Shown piece after piece: positions 18,101 to 25,780 of a stretch of 64,000 nucleotides of DNA. Positions within the stretch are counted from its first letter, which is position 1. Each line of letters starts with the position of its first letter. Made by a program: the position numbers and the translations under genes. The notes beneath the pieces were generated by a model that saw nothing but the letters and a program-made list of their open reading frames with translations, did not search any database and had not been told where the DNA came from. The DNA is from Candidatus Methylomirabilota bacterium (GTDB taxonomy: Bacteria > Methylomirabilota > Methylomirabilia > Rokubacteriales > DASRDR01), in NCBI GenBank assembly GCA_035550795.1, contig DASZOL010000017.1:5113-69112 (forward strand), given 5' to 3'.

Positions 18101-18465
18101 GGGGTCCACACCGGCTCCCTCAGCGCCACCGCCCGCGCCACCACACCCACGCCGGGGGGAGACACGTGGCCCCGCTCGAAGGTGGGCGTTCCCGAGCCGC
18201 CGGCCCGGGCCAGGGCGACGAGGGATCCGTCCGGCTCGAGGTGCCGGATGCTGGCCGAGGCGGCGCCGAAGAGCTGGACGATGCTCCCGACGATGCGCTC
18301 GACCAGGTCTTCGACGGTGAGGCTCGCCCCCGCCAGGCGTGCCGCCTCGGCCATCGCGGCCGCCTCGCGCTGGCGCCGGACCACCTCCTCCTCGAGCGCG
18401 AGAACCCGCGCGCGGAGGGTGGCGAGGTCGTCGTGGTGCGATGGGTCCGGCAGCTTGGACGGCAT
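15187..18465 (-). CDS. hybrid sensor histidine kinase: coiled-coil + multiple GAF domains + HisKA/HATPase + C-terminal receiver
   Basis: Within ORF 15187..18891; start at MPSKLPDPSHH (ATG 18465), 1092 aa. Contains about four GAF-like repeats. H-box MAAGVAHDFNNLL, N/G boxes NLLTNALEA, DTGRGM, GSGLGLS. REC domain ILVIDDE...DLVLSDVSMP...VAKPF. Confidence 0.85.
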   Translation of the reverse strand: MPSKLPDPSHHDDLATLRARVLALEEEVVRRQREAAAMAEAARLAGASLTVEDLVERIVGSIVQLFGAASASIRHLEPDGSLVALARAGGSGTPTFERGHVSPPGVGVVARAVALREPVWTPDVLTDPEIRLTPDLRRLYGSTPNRAILAVPLEVRGVVLGVLSCLYPVGRVLRDDEVRLAEAFADQIALALENARLFAETRGRLTESETLLTVAGVLSQLLPIKESMRRVAREVARSFGADRVGVYVLDGPRKALLPVAGYHVPDTRVPPLPEAPIPLERLREAFAGYQPIWTSDCLADPRFGFTFPAAAPPKSALLAPTLVRGEVGGALLLVWGTPGRPVGPAEIRLIEGVASQVGLAAENAELARQTGEKLEEMERLLGVSRTLSSTIELDPLLRVLLQQVTRTVGADSAGVWLADPVTGELEPFAGYHVTPAVVERLRGFRIDPSRSALYTEAIARRAVAVSTDAARDERLPREFVTLAPHRAQIFAPIVANERLVGGIIAAWWERELVCGQRELGLVQAMASQAGIALEHARLFEDDRRKLAELSALYELSRAVTGQLDTAQLVAAVHREVARVLDVRNLAIFLYDPARRELEIALRERDGAPEPDLPRRRPLGVGLASAVVTRRVPLRTAEYAVACVREGVEPVPESVALPHWLGVPMVVGDDVLGVLTLAAAARPFTEADERLLTNIASLTALALRSARLYEERSAAYRELAVAQDHMVRTEKLRALGEMAAGVAHDFNNLLAVIVGRAELLLRRAQGTELSRGLETIRQAALDGAQTVRRIQEFTRTRRTRPFRHVDLLDVVREVVEMTRPRWKDEAQSRGISYEVWIEGGPIPWVAGRPEELREVFTNLLTNALEAMSAGGRLVFGLGVQDGTVVATVRDTGRGMAPETARRVFEPFFTTKGPQGSGLGLSVVWGIVNRHGGTVEVISQPGEGTTFTVRLPVARSLPEPPPGPDHARPARPARILVIDDEAGVREVLRELLGGEGYTVVAASDGPAGLALWETEPVDLVLSDVSMPAMSGWEVAEACHARFPDIPVGLITGWGDRLDPAQLTRHGIRFVVAKPFEAAEVLHRVGDALAAAGPT

Positions 18466-18541
18466 GGCTCCTGTCGCGCGGCCCCCGGTGGCGCGCAGCC
18501 GTGCTTGACCTCGGCAACGTTGCGGGCTAGCGTACCGCGTC

Positions 18542-19189
18542 GTGCGTGCCCGGGCCAAAGCTTCCCTGACGCCCGCCCCGCCCATTGGCGGGGTCATTTT
18601 CGACTTTGGCGGCGTCCTCATAGACATGCGGTGGGACGTGTCGGCCGGGCTCGAGGAGGCCCACGGGCTGCCCCGGCACGCCCTTCTCGAGACCCTGTAC
18701 CGAACCCCGACCTGGCGCGAGATCGAGCGGGGGCGGGGGGACCTCCTCGCCTGGCGCGTGGAGGCCCATCGGCTGCTCGAGGAGCGGGCCGGCCGGCCCC
18801 TCCCGAAGCTCCACGACGCCTGGGTCGCCGGCCGGGACCTCATCCGGGCCAACCTCGCCCTCGCGCGGCGGCTCCGCCCCGGGTACCGCACCGCGATCCT
18901 CTCGAACGCCGATCAGAGCTTGCGGGGACGCCTGCATGAGCTCGGGATTCACGACCTTTTCGACACGGTGGTCTCGTCGGCGGAGGAAGGCGTGGCCAAG
19001 CCGGAGCCCGAGATCTACCTCCGAGCGGCGCAGCGGCTCGGACTGCCTCCCGAGGCATGCGTCTTCGTGGACGACTACGACACGAACGTCCGCGCGGCCG
19101 AAGCGCTCGGCATGCGGGGGATCGTCTACCGATCCGACCGCGGGGAGGACCTCGCGACGCTCCTGGCAAACCTTGGCGTCGTGCCCTGA
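18542..19189 (+). CDS. HAD-superfamily hydrolase (subfamily IA)
   Basis: ORF track 215 aa (GTG start). Motif I VIFDFGGVL, motif II ILSNA, motif III/IV KPEPEIY...VFVDD. Confidence 0.8.
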   Translation: MRARAKASLTPAPPIGGVIFDFGGVLIDMRWDVSAGLEEAHGLPRHALLETLYRTPTWREIERGRGDLLAWRVEAHRLLEERAGRPLPKLHDAWVAGRDLIRANLALARRLRPGYRTAILSNADQSLRGRLHELGIHDLFDTVVSSAEEGVAKPEPEIYLRAAQRLGLPPEACVFVDDYDTNVRAAEALGMRGIVYRSDRGEDLATLLANLGVVP

Positions 19190-19229
19190 CGGAGCGGGGC
19201 CGCCGGCTCCGCGCAACTGCGTGCGCACC

Positions 19230-19410
19230 CTATCCTTCGTCGCTCATCGCGTACTCGATGGCCTGATCGAGCGTCATCGCGGCGCCCCGCCCGTGGGCGC
19301 TCTCGTACCGCTCGCCCCCCAGCGCGCCGCGAACCGCCGCCGCCACCGCGCGATCGTGGGCCGCACGCTCGGCGGATGGAAAGGTCCAGCCGACCAGAAG
19401 GCGCTCATGC
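19230..19410 (-). pseudogene. probable remnant of the C-terminus of a large TPR/ATPase-type regulator
   Basis: The tail of track ORF 19230..19610 reads ERLLVGWTFPSAERAAHDRAVAAAVRGALGGERYESAHGRGAAMTLDQAIEYAMSDEG. This resembles the conserved C-terminal end (..P..ER..ER.VAA.RAALGEE.F..AW..GRAMTL(D/E)QA(I/V).YAL) of long LuxR/AfsR/adenylate-cyclase-TPR regulators. There is no plausible start or SD, and the 5' part overlaps the promoter/start of the plus-strand gene. Confidence 0.35.
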
Positions 19411-19599
19411 GAACGCTTCCGGACGACACCCTCGCCGACCTTGCGGTGTACCACTCGAGTCTCCGGTAGACCCGTCCGGCTCGAGGGGCCCGGGCACGGC
19501 GGCGCCCGGGGCTTCGGGGTATCATGGCCAAGGGTTCCGCCGGGCGGGGCGCCCCGATGGCGCCCCGCGACCGCCCCCGGCGAGCCGGAGAGGATAGTC

Positions 19600-21063
19600 A
19601 TGATCTTCACCCAGTACTACCTGGGCTGCCTGTCGCAGGCGTCCTACTTGATTGGCGACGAGAGCACGCGAACCGCGGTGGTGGTCGATCCGCGGCGCGA
19701 CGTGGACGAGTACGTTGACGACGCCGCCGGGCGCGGGCTCAAGATCGCGCACGTCATCCTGACGCACTTCCACGCGGACTTCGTGGCCGGGCACCTCGAG
19801 CTGCGTGACCGCGTGGGCGCCCGCATCCACCTGGGCGCCCGGGCGCAGGCCGACTACGACTTCTCGCCGCTCCGCGACGGCGACACCCTGGAGCTCGGGC
19901 GCGTCCGGCTCCGGGTCCTCGAGACGCCCGGCCATACGCCCGAGGCCATCTCACTCCTGCTCTACGACCTCGCCGTGAGCGACCGTGAGCCCCACGCCGT
20001 GCTGACCGGCGACACACTCTTCATCGGCGACGTCGGACGACCGGATCTCATGGCGTCGGTCGGGCTCAGCGCGCCGGAGCTGGCAGGGATGCTGTACGAC
20101 TCGCTGCACGAGAAGCTTCTGACCCTTCCGGACGCGACGCTCGTCTACCCCGGGCACGGTGCCGGGTCCGCGTGCGGGAAGCACCTGGGCCAGGAGCGGA
20201 TGTCCACCATCGGCGTCCAGCGCCAGCACAACTACGCGCTCCAGCCGATGTCGAAGCAGCGGTTCGTCGAGACGATCACGGCCGAGCTGCCGGCGGCACC
20301 GCCCTATTTCGCCCACGACGCCGATCTGAACCGTCGCGAGCGCCCGACGCTCGACACCGTTCTCGCGCGCGAGCTGCACCGGCTCCCGCTGGAGGCAGTG
20401 CTCGCCGCCCAGCGCGACGGTGCGCAGCTGCTCGACGTCCGCGATCCGGCCGATTTCGCGGCGGGCCACCTCGCGAGCAGCCTGAACATCGGTCTCGGCG
20501 GCCGCTTCGCCGAGTGGGCGGGGATCCTGCTCTCGCCCGCCCGCCCGATCGTCCTGGTATCCACGCCGGGCCGGGAGAGCGAGGCGGCCATCCGGCTCGC
20601 GCGCGTCGGGTTCGATGCCGTCGTGGGCTATCTCGATGGAGGCATCGAGGCCGCCAAGGACCGACCCGACCTGGTGAAGCGCGTGGAGCGCGTGACGGCA
20701 GCGGCGCTCAGGGAGATCCGCCAGTCCGACCGCATCCCGATCCTCGACGTCCGCACGGAGGCGGAGTGGCGGAACGACCCGATCCCGGGCAGCGTCAACG
20801 TGCCGCTCAATCAGCTCCGGGCGCGCCTGGCCGACGTGCCCCCCGGGCCGCGGATCGTCGTCCACTGCCAGACGGGGCTCCGCTCGTCCACCGCGGCGAG
20901 CCTTCTCGAGCAGGTCGGACGCACCGGCGTGGTCGACCTGGTGGGCGGGATCGTCGCGTGGAAGCTGGCCGCCGAGCAGGAGACCGCCATGGCCGGCCGG
21001 CCGGCGGAGCCGGCGCGCCGGGTGCCGGCCGGGTCGGGCGGCCCGCCGGACCCGTCTCGCTGA
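19600..21063 (+). CDS. MBL-fold persulfide dioxygenase (ETHE1-like) fused to two rhodanese domains
   Basis: Within ORF 19441..21063; ATG 19600 preceded by GGAGAGGA. MBL motif LTHFHADFVAGH, TPGHTPE. Rhodanese 1 lacks a catalytic Cys (IVLVSTPGRESEAA). Rhodanese 2 has the active-site loop VHCQTGLRSS. Confidence 0.85.
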   Translation: MIFTQYYLGCLSQASYLIGDESTRTAVVVDPRRDVDEYVDDAAGRGLKIAHVILTHFHADFVAGHLELRDRVGARIHLGARAQADYDFSPLRDGDTLELGRVRLRVLETPGHTPEAISLLLYDLAVSDREPHAVLTGDTLFIGDVGRPDLMASVGLSAPELAGMLYDSLHEKLLTLPDATLVYPGHGAGSACGKHLGQERMSTIGVQRQHNYALQPMSKQRFVETITAELPAAPPYFAHDADLNRRERPTLDTVLARELHRLPLEAVLAAQRDGAQLLDVRDPADFAAGHLASSLNIGLGGRFAEWAGILLSPARPIVLVSTPGRESEAAIRLARVGFDAVVGYLDGGIEAAKDRPDLVKRVERVTAAALREIRQSDRIPILDVRTEAEWRNDPIPGSVNVPLNQLRARLADVPPGPRIVVHCQTGLRSSTAASLLEQVGRTGVVDLVGGIVAWKLAAEQETAMAGRPAEPARRVPAGSGGPPDPSR

Positions 21064-21103
21064 GCCCGGAGCCTCGACCGGCCGGAGCCGGCCGCGCGGG
21101 CGC

Positions 21104-21907
21104 TCAGCCGCCCAGCTCCGCCTCGAGATCGAGCCGCCAGCGGTCGCGGGCTGCCAGCACCCGCACCCCGGTTTCGCCCGAGAGCGTCTCGGCCAGCTGC
21201 CAGGGGCGCGCCCTCAGCATGGTCAGCCCGAAGTGCGTGATGACCGCCAGGCGGGGGCGCATGGCCGCGATAAGGCGGCGCGCATCGGGAACGGCCAGGT
21301 GGATCTCGTCCCTCGGCTCGCGATACACCACGTTGAGGATGAGGAGGTCCGCGGACAGGGCCGTCTCGATCTCCGGCAGGTACCCCGTGCAGGCGACGAG
21401 CCCCACCGTCCACCGGCGTCCAACGAAGCGGAGGCCGTAGGTCTCGACCGGGTGCTTGAGCTGGAGGGGAGTCTCGATGACAGGGCTGCCGTCGCCGCCG
21501 ATCGGATACCGGCCGCCCGGGACGAGGACGTCGGTCGCCGCGGGATAGCTCCGGACATAGCGCAGGATCACCGGATCCTCGTCGTAGGCATCCCGCGGGG
21601 CCAGGACGAGGCCCCGCTTCTTGGTCCCGCCCTGCGTCATCGACTCGATCATGGCGTTGATGTCGCCCGAATGATCGAGGTGCTTGTGGGTGAGCACGAT
21701 GGCGTCGAGGACGCTCGGGTCGAGGCCGAGGGCACGCCCCCGCGCGTGCGCAAGGGCGCCGGGCCCGGGATCGACGCAGACCCAGGTCCCGTCGAGGCAC
21801 ACCCAGAGGCCGCCGGTCGCCCGGGCCTGGAATGCGGTCGTCATCCGCCCCCCGCCCGTGCCCACGAACACGACCTGGTCGGCGTCGAGGCGGGGCGACG
21901 GAGGCAC
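21104..21907 (-). CDS. MBL-fold metallo-hydrolase (function unknown)
   Basis: ORF track 267 aa. HxHxDH motif LTHKHLDHSGD and distal His ITHFG. Lies 15 nt downstream of ttuA on the same strand. Confidence 0.75.
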   Translation of the reverse strand: MPPSPRLDADQVVFVGTGGGRMTTAFQARATGGLWVCLDGTWVCVDPGPGALAHARGRALGLDPSVLDAIVLTHKHLDHSGDINAMIESMTQGGTKKRGLVLAPRDAYDEDPVILRYVRSYPAATDVLVPGGRYPIGGDGSPVIETPLQLKHPVETYGLRFVGRRWTVGLVACTGYLPEIETALSADLLILNVVYREPRDEIHLAVPDARRLIAAMRPRLAVITHFGLTMLRARPWQLAETLSGETGVRVLAARDRWRLDLEAELGG

Positions 21908-21922
21908 GATGCGCGCGCCCCG

Positions 21923-22924
21923 TCAGGACGCGTGAATCTCGGAAGCGGCGTGAAGGTCCGAAATCAGCCCGCGCACGATCGGTGGATCTGCGGGCTCGGC
22001 GTCCGGCGTGCGGTCCGCCGGCCGCACCGCCCGCTGCACCTGGTCGCGGAGCTTGCAGAATGCGCAGACCTCGCCGGTCGTGGTCTGGCCGCACCGGACG
22101 CACTCCACGAGGGTAACGGTCTCCCGCTGCTGGAAGAGCCCGCGCGCCCGATCGAGGAAGCCCTGCAGGAACATCGCCTTCGAGCCTGGTGACGTGTCCT
22201 CGAGACGGTTCAGCAGCTCCTTGTGCGTGATCGACGTCGCGCCCCGCGAGAACGGGCACTCCTCGACGATGTAGTCGATGCCCCGCAGGAACGCGTAGGC
22301 GGCGGTCTCGCGCTCGCTCATCCGGAAGAGCGGCTTCACCCGGCGCGCGAGCTTCGGGTGCGTGGCCTCGAGGACGGGCGTCTGCCGCGCCAGCGACGAC
22401 TCGTCCCAGCGCAGCGTGGAGCCGAGCAGCGTCGCGGCCTCGTCGTCGAGGTTGTGGCCCGTCGCAACCACCGGGAACCCGCCGTCGAGCGCCGCGCGGT
22501 TCAGGAGGTAGCGCTTGGACAGGCCGCAGGCGGAGCAGGTCGGCCGCCGCGTCGCGTCCCTCACGGCCGGGATCGGCGCGCCCGCCTCATCGGCGACGGC
22601 GACGATGCGGAGGGCGAGCCCGCGCGCCGCAGCGAACGCCTCGCACCGGGCCTTCGAGGCGCGCGAGTAGTCGAAGATCCCGAGATCGAGGTAGAGCCCC
22701 GTGGTGCGGTAGCCGGCGTCGTGAAGCACGTCCCAGAGCGCGAGCGAGTCCTTCCCGCCCGACACCGCCACCAGCACGGGCTCGTCCCGCGTGAGCATCC
22801 GCCAGTGGCGCACCGTCTCCAGCACGTGACGCCGGAAGAAGTCGAGAAAGTCAGGCGCGCAGAAGGCCGTGTTGTGGCGCCGGAGCTCCAGCACCGCTCG
22901 GCCGCCGCACTTCCGGCACTTCAC
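21923..22924 (-). CDS. ttuA: PP-loop ATPase, TtuA/Ncs6-family tRNA 2-thiolation protein
   Basis: ORF track 333 aa (GTG start overlapping the upstream stop, GTGA). N-terminal Zn finger CRKCGG...FC, PP-loop SGGKDS, central CSACG, GHNLDDE, C-terminal Zn finger CVRCG...CAFC. Confidence 0.8.
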   Translation of the reverse strand: MKCRKCGGRAVLELRRHNTAFCAPDFLDFFRRHVLETVRHWRMLTRDEPVLVAVSGGKDSLALWDVLHDAGYRTTGLYLDLGIFDYSRASKARCEAFAAARGLALRIVAVADEAGAPIPAVRDATRRPTCSACGLSKRYLLNRAALDGGFPVVATGHNLDDEAATLLGSTLRWDESSLARQTPVLEATHPKLARRVKPLFRMSERETAAYAFLRGIDYIVEECPFSRGATSITHKELLNRLEDTSPGSKAMFLQGFLDRARGLFQQRETVTLVECVRCGQTTTGEVCAFCKLRDQVQRAVRPADRTPDAEPADPPIVRGLISDLHAASEIHAS

Positions 22925-23121
22925 GGGCGCCCGCCGGAGATGACCGGGCGCAACTCCACGACGTCGTCCTCCGCCACGACCTCGTCGATCGTGAGCAGGT
23001 CACTGCCGCGGATCACGAGCACGGTCTCCGGCAGAACGCCCAGCTCGGCCAGCAGCTCCCGCACCCTCCGGCGACCGCTCACTTCGACCTCACGCCCCTG
23101 GTTGCGAAGGAGGACCTTCAT
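22921..23121 (-). CDS. ThiS/MoaD-family ubiquitin-like sulfur-carrier protein with a C-terminal GG-RP extension
   Basis: Track ORF 22921..23133; I prefer the ATG at 23121 (MKVLLRNQGREVEV...DDVVELRPVISGGRP, 66 aa). The ThiS-like pattern is a beta-grasp length plus (D/E)GDxVEhhxxVxGG near the C-terminus. It is translationally coupled to ttuA. Confidence 0.7.
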   Translation of the reverse strand: MKVLLRNQGREVEVSGRRRVRELLAELGVLPETVLVIRGSDLLTIDEVVAEDDVVELRPVISGGRP

Positions 23122-23328
23122 CGCGGAACTCACTATACACCCGGCCCCAGAGTCGGCCCCGGCGAGGCTTCAGCCTATGCAGGCCGCTCGACCCCGTGGC
23201 GGGTTCGGTGGACGTGGAGGACGCCTGGTCGACATCGATCGGCCGCCCAAGAAGCCTCGGGAGTCGCGCCAGACGCGCACCGGCGAGGAAGGCCGATGGG
23301 ACGACCGGCATTCTTGCGGGCGAACTGG

Positions 23329-24339
23329 TCAGGCCGAGAGTCGGCGGCGCGTTCGGGCCGCCGCTGACGCCTCAGGGTTCAGGAGGAGCGCCGCCGGAGG
23401 CGCCGCGCCGCGCGCGACGGCCAGGATCGACTGGGCGCAGCAGTCGCCTACCCCGGCCTCCCCAGCGAGGTCTGATCCCGCGGCGTGGGGGGTCACGACC
23501 ACGTTCTCGAGGCCGAGGAGCGGCGAGCCGCTCGGCGGCTCGCGCCGGAACACGTCGAGCCCAGCGCCGGCGATCCGGCGGGCCGAGAGGGCCTCGTAGA
23601 GCGCCGCCTCGTCGACCAACCCGCCGCGCGCGGTATTGATCAGGAATGCCGTCGGCTTCATGAGCCGGAGCCGCGCCGCGTTGATCAGGCCATCGGTCTC
23701 CGGCGAGTGGGGGGCGTGCAGGGTGACGAAGTCCGACTCCCGGAGCAGCGTCTCGAGCGTCACCAGCTCGATCCCGTGGGCGCGCGCGTAGTCGGCGTCG
23801 GGCACCGTGTCGTGGGCGAGGATGCGCATCTCGTAGCCGCGACATCGTCGCGCCACGGCCCGGCCGATCCGCCCGAGCCCCACGATTCCGACCGTGGTGC
23901 GCCAGAGTCCAGGACGGAACTCCCAGCCCCAGCCCCCGGCCGTCACGCGCTGGTGGTAGACGACGACGTTTCGGGCGACGGCGCCCATCAGGGCCACGGC
24001 GAGATCCGCGACGCTCTCGTGGTTCCCGCCAAAGGCCATGGCCACGTAGACGCCGTGGCGCGTCGCGGCCGGAACGTCCACCTGGTCGTAGCCGACTCCG
24101 AACCGCGCGATCACCTCGAGGTCGGCCGCTTCCCGGAGGACGCGTTCCGTGTACGGCTCCACGCCGGCGATCGTCGCGAAGACGCCCCGGAGCCCCTCGA
24201 CCAGCTCCGCCTCGCCGTACGGGCGGCCCAGGGGGCTGCGCAGCACCTCGATGCCGGCGGCCTCCAGCCGGGCGAGATACGCGGACGGCCGGCTCGCCAG
24301 GAGCGACGGCACGACGAGAACTTTGAGCGACGCGGGCAT
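23329..24339 (-). CDS. D-isomer-specific 2-hydroxyacid dehydrogenase (phosphoglycerate/glyoxylate-reductase-like)
   Basis: ORF track 336 aa. GIVGLGRIGRAVARR NAD site, INTARGGLVDE, VTPHAAG. Confidence 0.85.
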   Translation of the reverse strand: MPASLKVLVVPSLLASRPSAYLARLEAAGIEVLRSPLGRPYGEAELVEGLRGVFATIAGVEPYTERVLREAADLEVIARFGVGYDQVDVPAATRHGVYVAMAFGGNHESVADLAVALMGAVARNVVVYHQRVTAGGWGWEFRPGLWRTTVGIVGLGRIGRAVARRCRGYEMRILAHDTVPDADYARAHGIELVTLETLLRESDFVTLHAPHSPETDGLINAARLRLMKPTAFLINTARGGLVDEAALYEALSARRIAGAGLDVFRREPPSGSPLLGLENVVVTPHAAGSDLAGEAGVGDCCAQSILAVARGAAPPAALLLNPEASAAARTRRRLSA

Positions 24340-24405
24340 TCTAGGTCTCCTTACGGTCTCTTGGCCGGTCTCCTGGCCGCTCCCATGGCTCGGCTCGCGC
24401 CGGCG

Positions 24406-25752
24406 TCAGGGCGCGGCGTCATCGCGCCGGACGACGCGACGCGCTTTCAACTCGTAGCGCGGCAGGGTCCGGGCGGGCACCGCCGTCACCTCGATCCGGA
24501 TCCCGAGATCGCGCCGGACGGCCTGGCCGACCCCGTCCACCGTCTGTCGGACCCTCTCGGCTGGCCCCGCGCTCCCGTCGATCTCGATCAGCAGCCGCAC
24601 CTCGTCCAGCACCCCTCGACGAAACACCTCGATCTGGAACTCGTCCACGGCGGCGAAGCGGCGCACGATCCCCTCGAGCGCCGACGGGAACACGTTGACG
24701 CCGCGAACGACCAGCATGTCGTCCACCCGGCCCAGGATGCCCCCCTCGAGGCGCGCGAACGTGCGGCCGCATGCGCACGCGTTCGGGGCCAGCCGCACCC
24801 GGTCGCCCGAGCGGTAGCGCAGGACCGGCGCCCCCCAGCGTCCCAGGTTCGTGAGCGTCAGCTCGCCGACTTCCCCCGGCGCCACTGGCCGGCCCCTCTC
24901 GGGATCGAGCACCTCGGCGACGAACTCGAGCTCGTTGACGTGGAGGCCCGCCTGCGCGATGCACTCGAACGCGTAGGCCCCCACCTCGGTCATGCCGGCG
25001 TGGTCATACGCCCGGGCGCCCCAGAGCAGCTCCAGGCGCTGGCGCACGGCGGGGATGCCGGCCCCCGGCTCGCCCGCGTGGACCGTCCTGCGGACGCCGA
25101 GCGCGGCCGGGTCAGCGCCCTGGGCGCGCGCGACTTCGGCGAGGTGAAGCCCGTACGACGGAGTGCAGACGAGCGCCGTGGCCCCGAGCTCCCGGATCGC
25201 GTGGAGTCGCGTCGCCGAGTCCTGACCGCCCCCCGGGATGGCCATCGCGCCGAGAACCCGCGCGCCCTCCAGCCCCGCCCAGAACCCGACAAAGAGCCCG
25301 AAGGAGAACGGGAAGAAGAGACGGTCGGGGGCAGCCAGCCCCGCCCCCCGGAACACGAAGGCCCAGCAGCGGGCCCACCAGGCCCAGGACGCCTCGGTCT
25401 CGAGCCACCGGAGCGGCGGACCCGTTGTGCCCGAGGTCTGGAACACGCGCACGTAGCGGTCGAGCGGATGCGTGAGGTTCGTGCCGAACGGCGGGTGAGC
25501 CGCCTGATCGGCGGACAGCTCCGCCTTCGTGAGCCGCGGGAGCCTGGCGAAGTCCGCCCACGAGGCGACGTCGCGCGGATCCCTCACACCGGCGGCCCGG
25601 AGGCGCTCCCGCCAGAAGATGTTGGAGTCCCAGACGTCACCCAGCCCGGCGATGAGGCGTTGCCACTGCCACTCTCGGAGGGTCTCGGGGGGCGCCGTCT
25701 CGCGCGCGCGGTCGAGAAACGGAACGTCGCTCGGCGCATCCGGGCGGGTCAT
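24406..25752 (-). CDS. PaaK-type aryl/phenylacetate-CoA ligase family protein
   Basis: Within ORF 24406..25860; ATG at 25752 (MTRPDAPSDVPFLDR), 448 aa. Adenylation motif QTSGTTGPPLRW, YRSGDRV, and a C-terminal ACT-like PaaK tail. Confidence 0.85.
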   Translation of the reverse strand: MTRPDAPSDVPFLDRARETAPPETLREWQWQRLIAGLGDVWDSNIFWRERLRAAGVRDPRDVASWADFARLPRLTKAELSADQAAHPPFGTNLTHPLDRYVRVFQTSGTTGPPLRWLETEASWAWWARCWAFVFRGAGLAAPDRLFFPFSFGLFVGFWAGLEGARVLGAMAIPGGGQDSATRLHAIRELGATALVCTPSYGLHLAEVARAQGADPAALGVRRTVHAGEPGAGIPAVRQRLELLWGARAYDHAGMTEVGAYAFECIAQAGLHVNELEFVAEVLDPERGRPVAPGEVGELTLTNLGRWGAPVLRYRSGDRVRLAPNACACGRTFARLEGGILGRVDDMLVVRGVNVFPSALEGIVRRFAAVDEFQIEVFRRGVLDEVRLLIEIDGSAGPAERVRQTVDGVGQAVRRDLGIRIEVTAVPARTLPRYELKARRVVRRDDAAP

Positions 25753-25780
25753 GGCTCGGCGACTGCTGGCGCGGCACCCC

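Noticed and set aside
23132-23140. Extended -10 (TGnTATAAT) promoter call for the ThiS-like gene.
   Set aside because: The TG abuts the hexamer directly (TGTATAGT), without the intervening base of the canonical extended -10. Only a plain -10-like box is reported.
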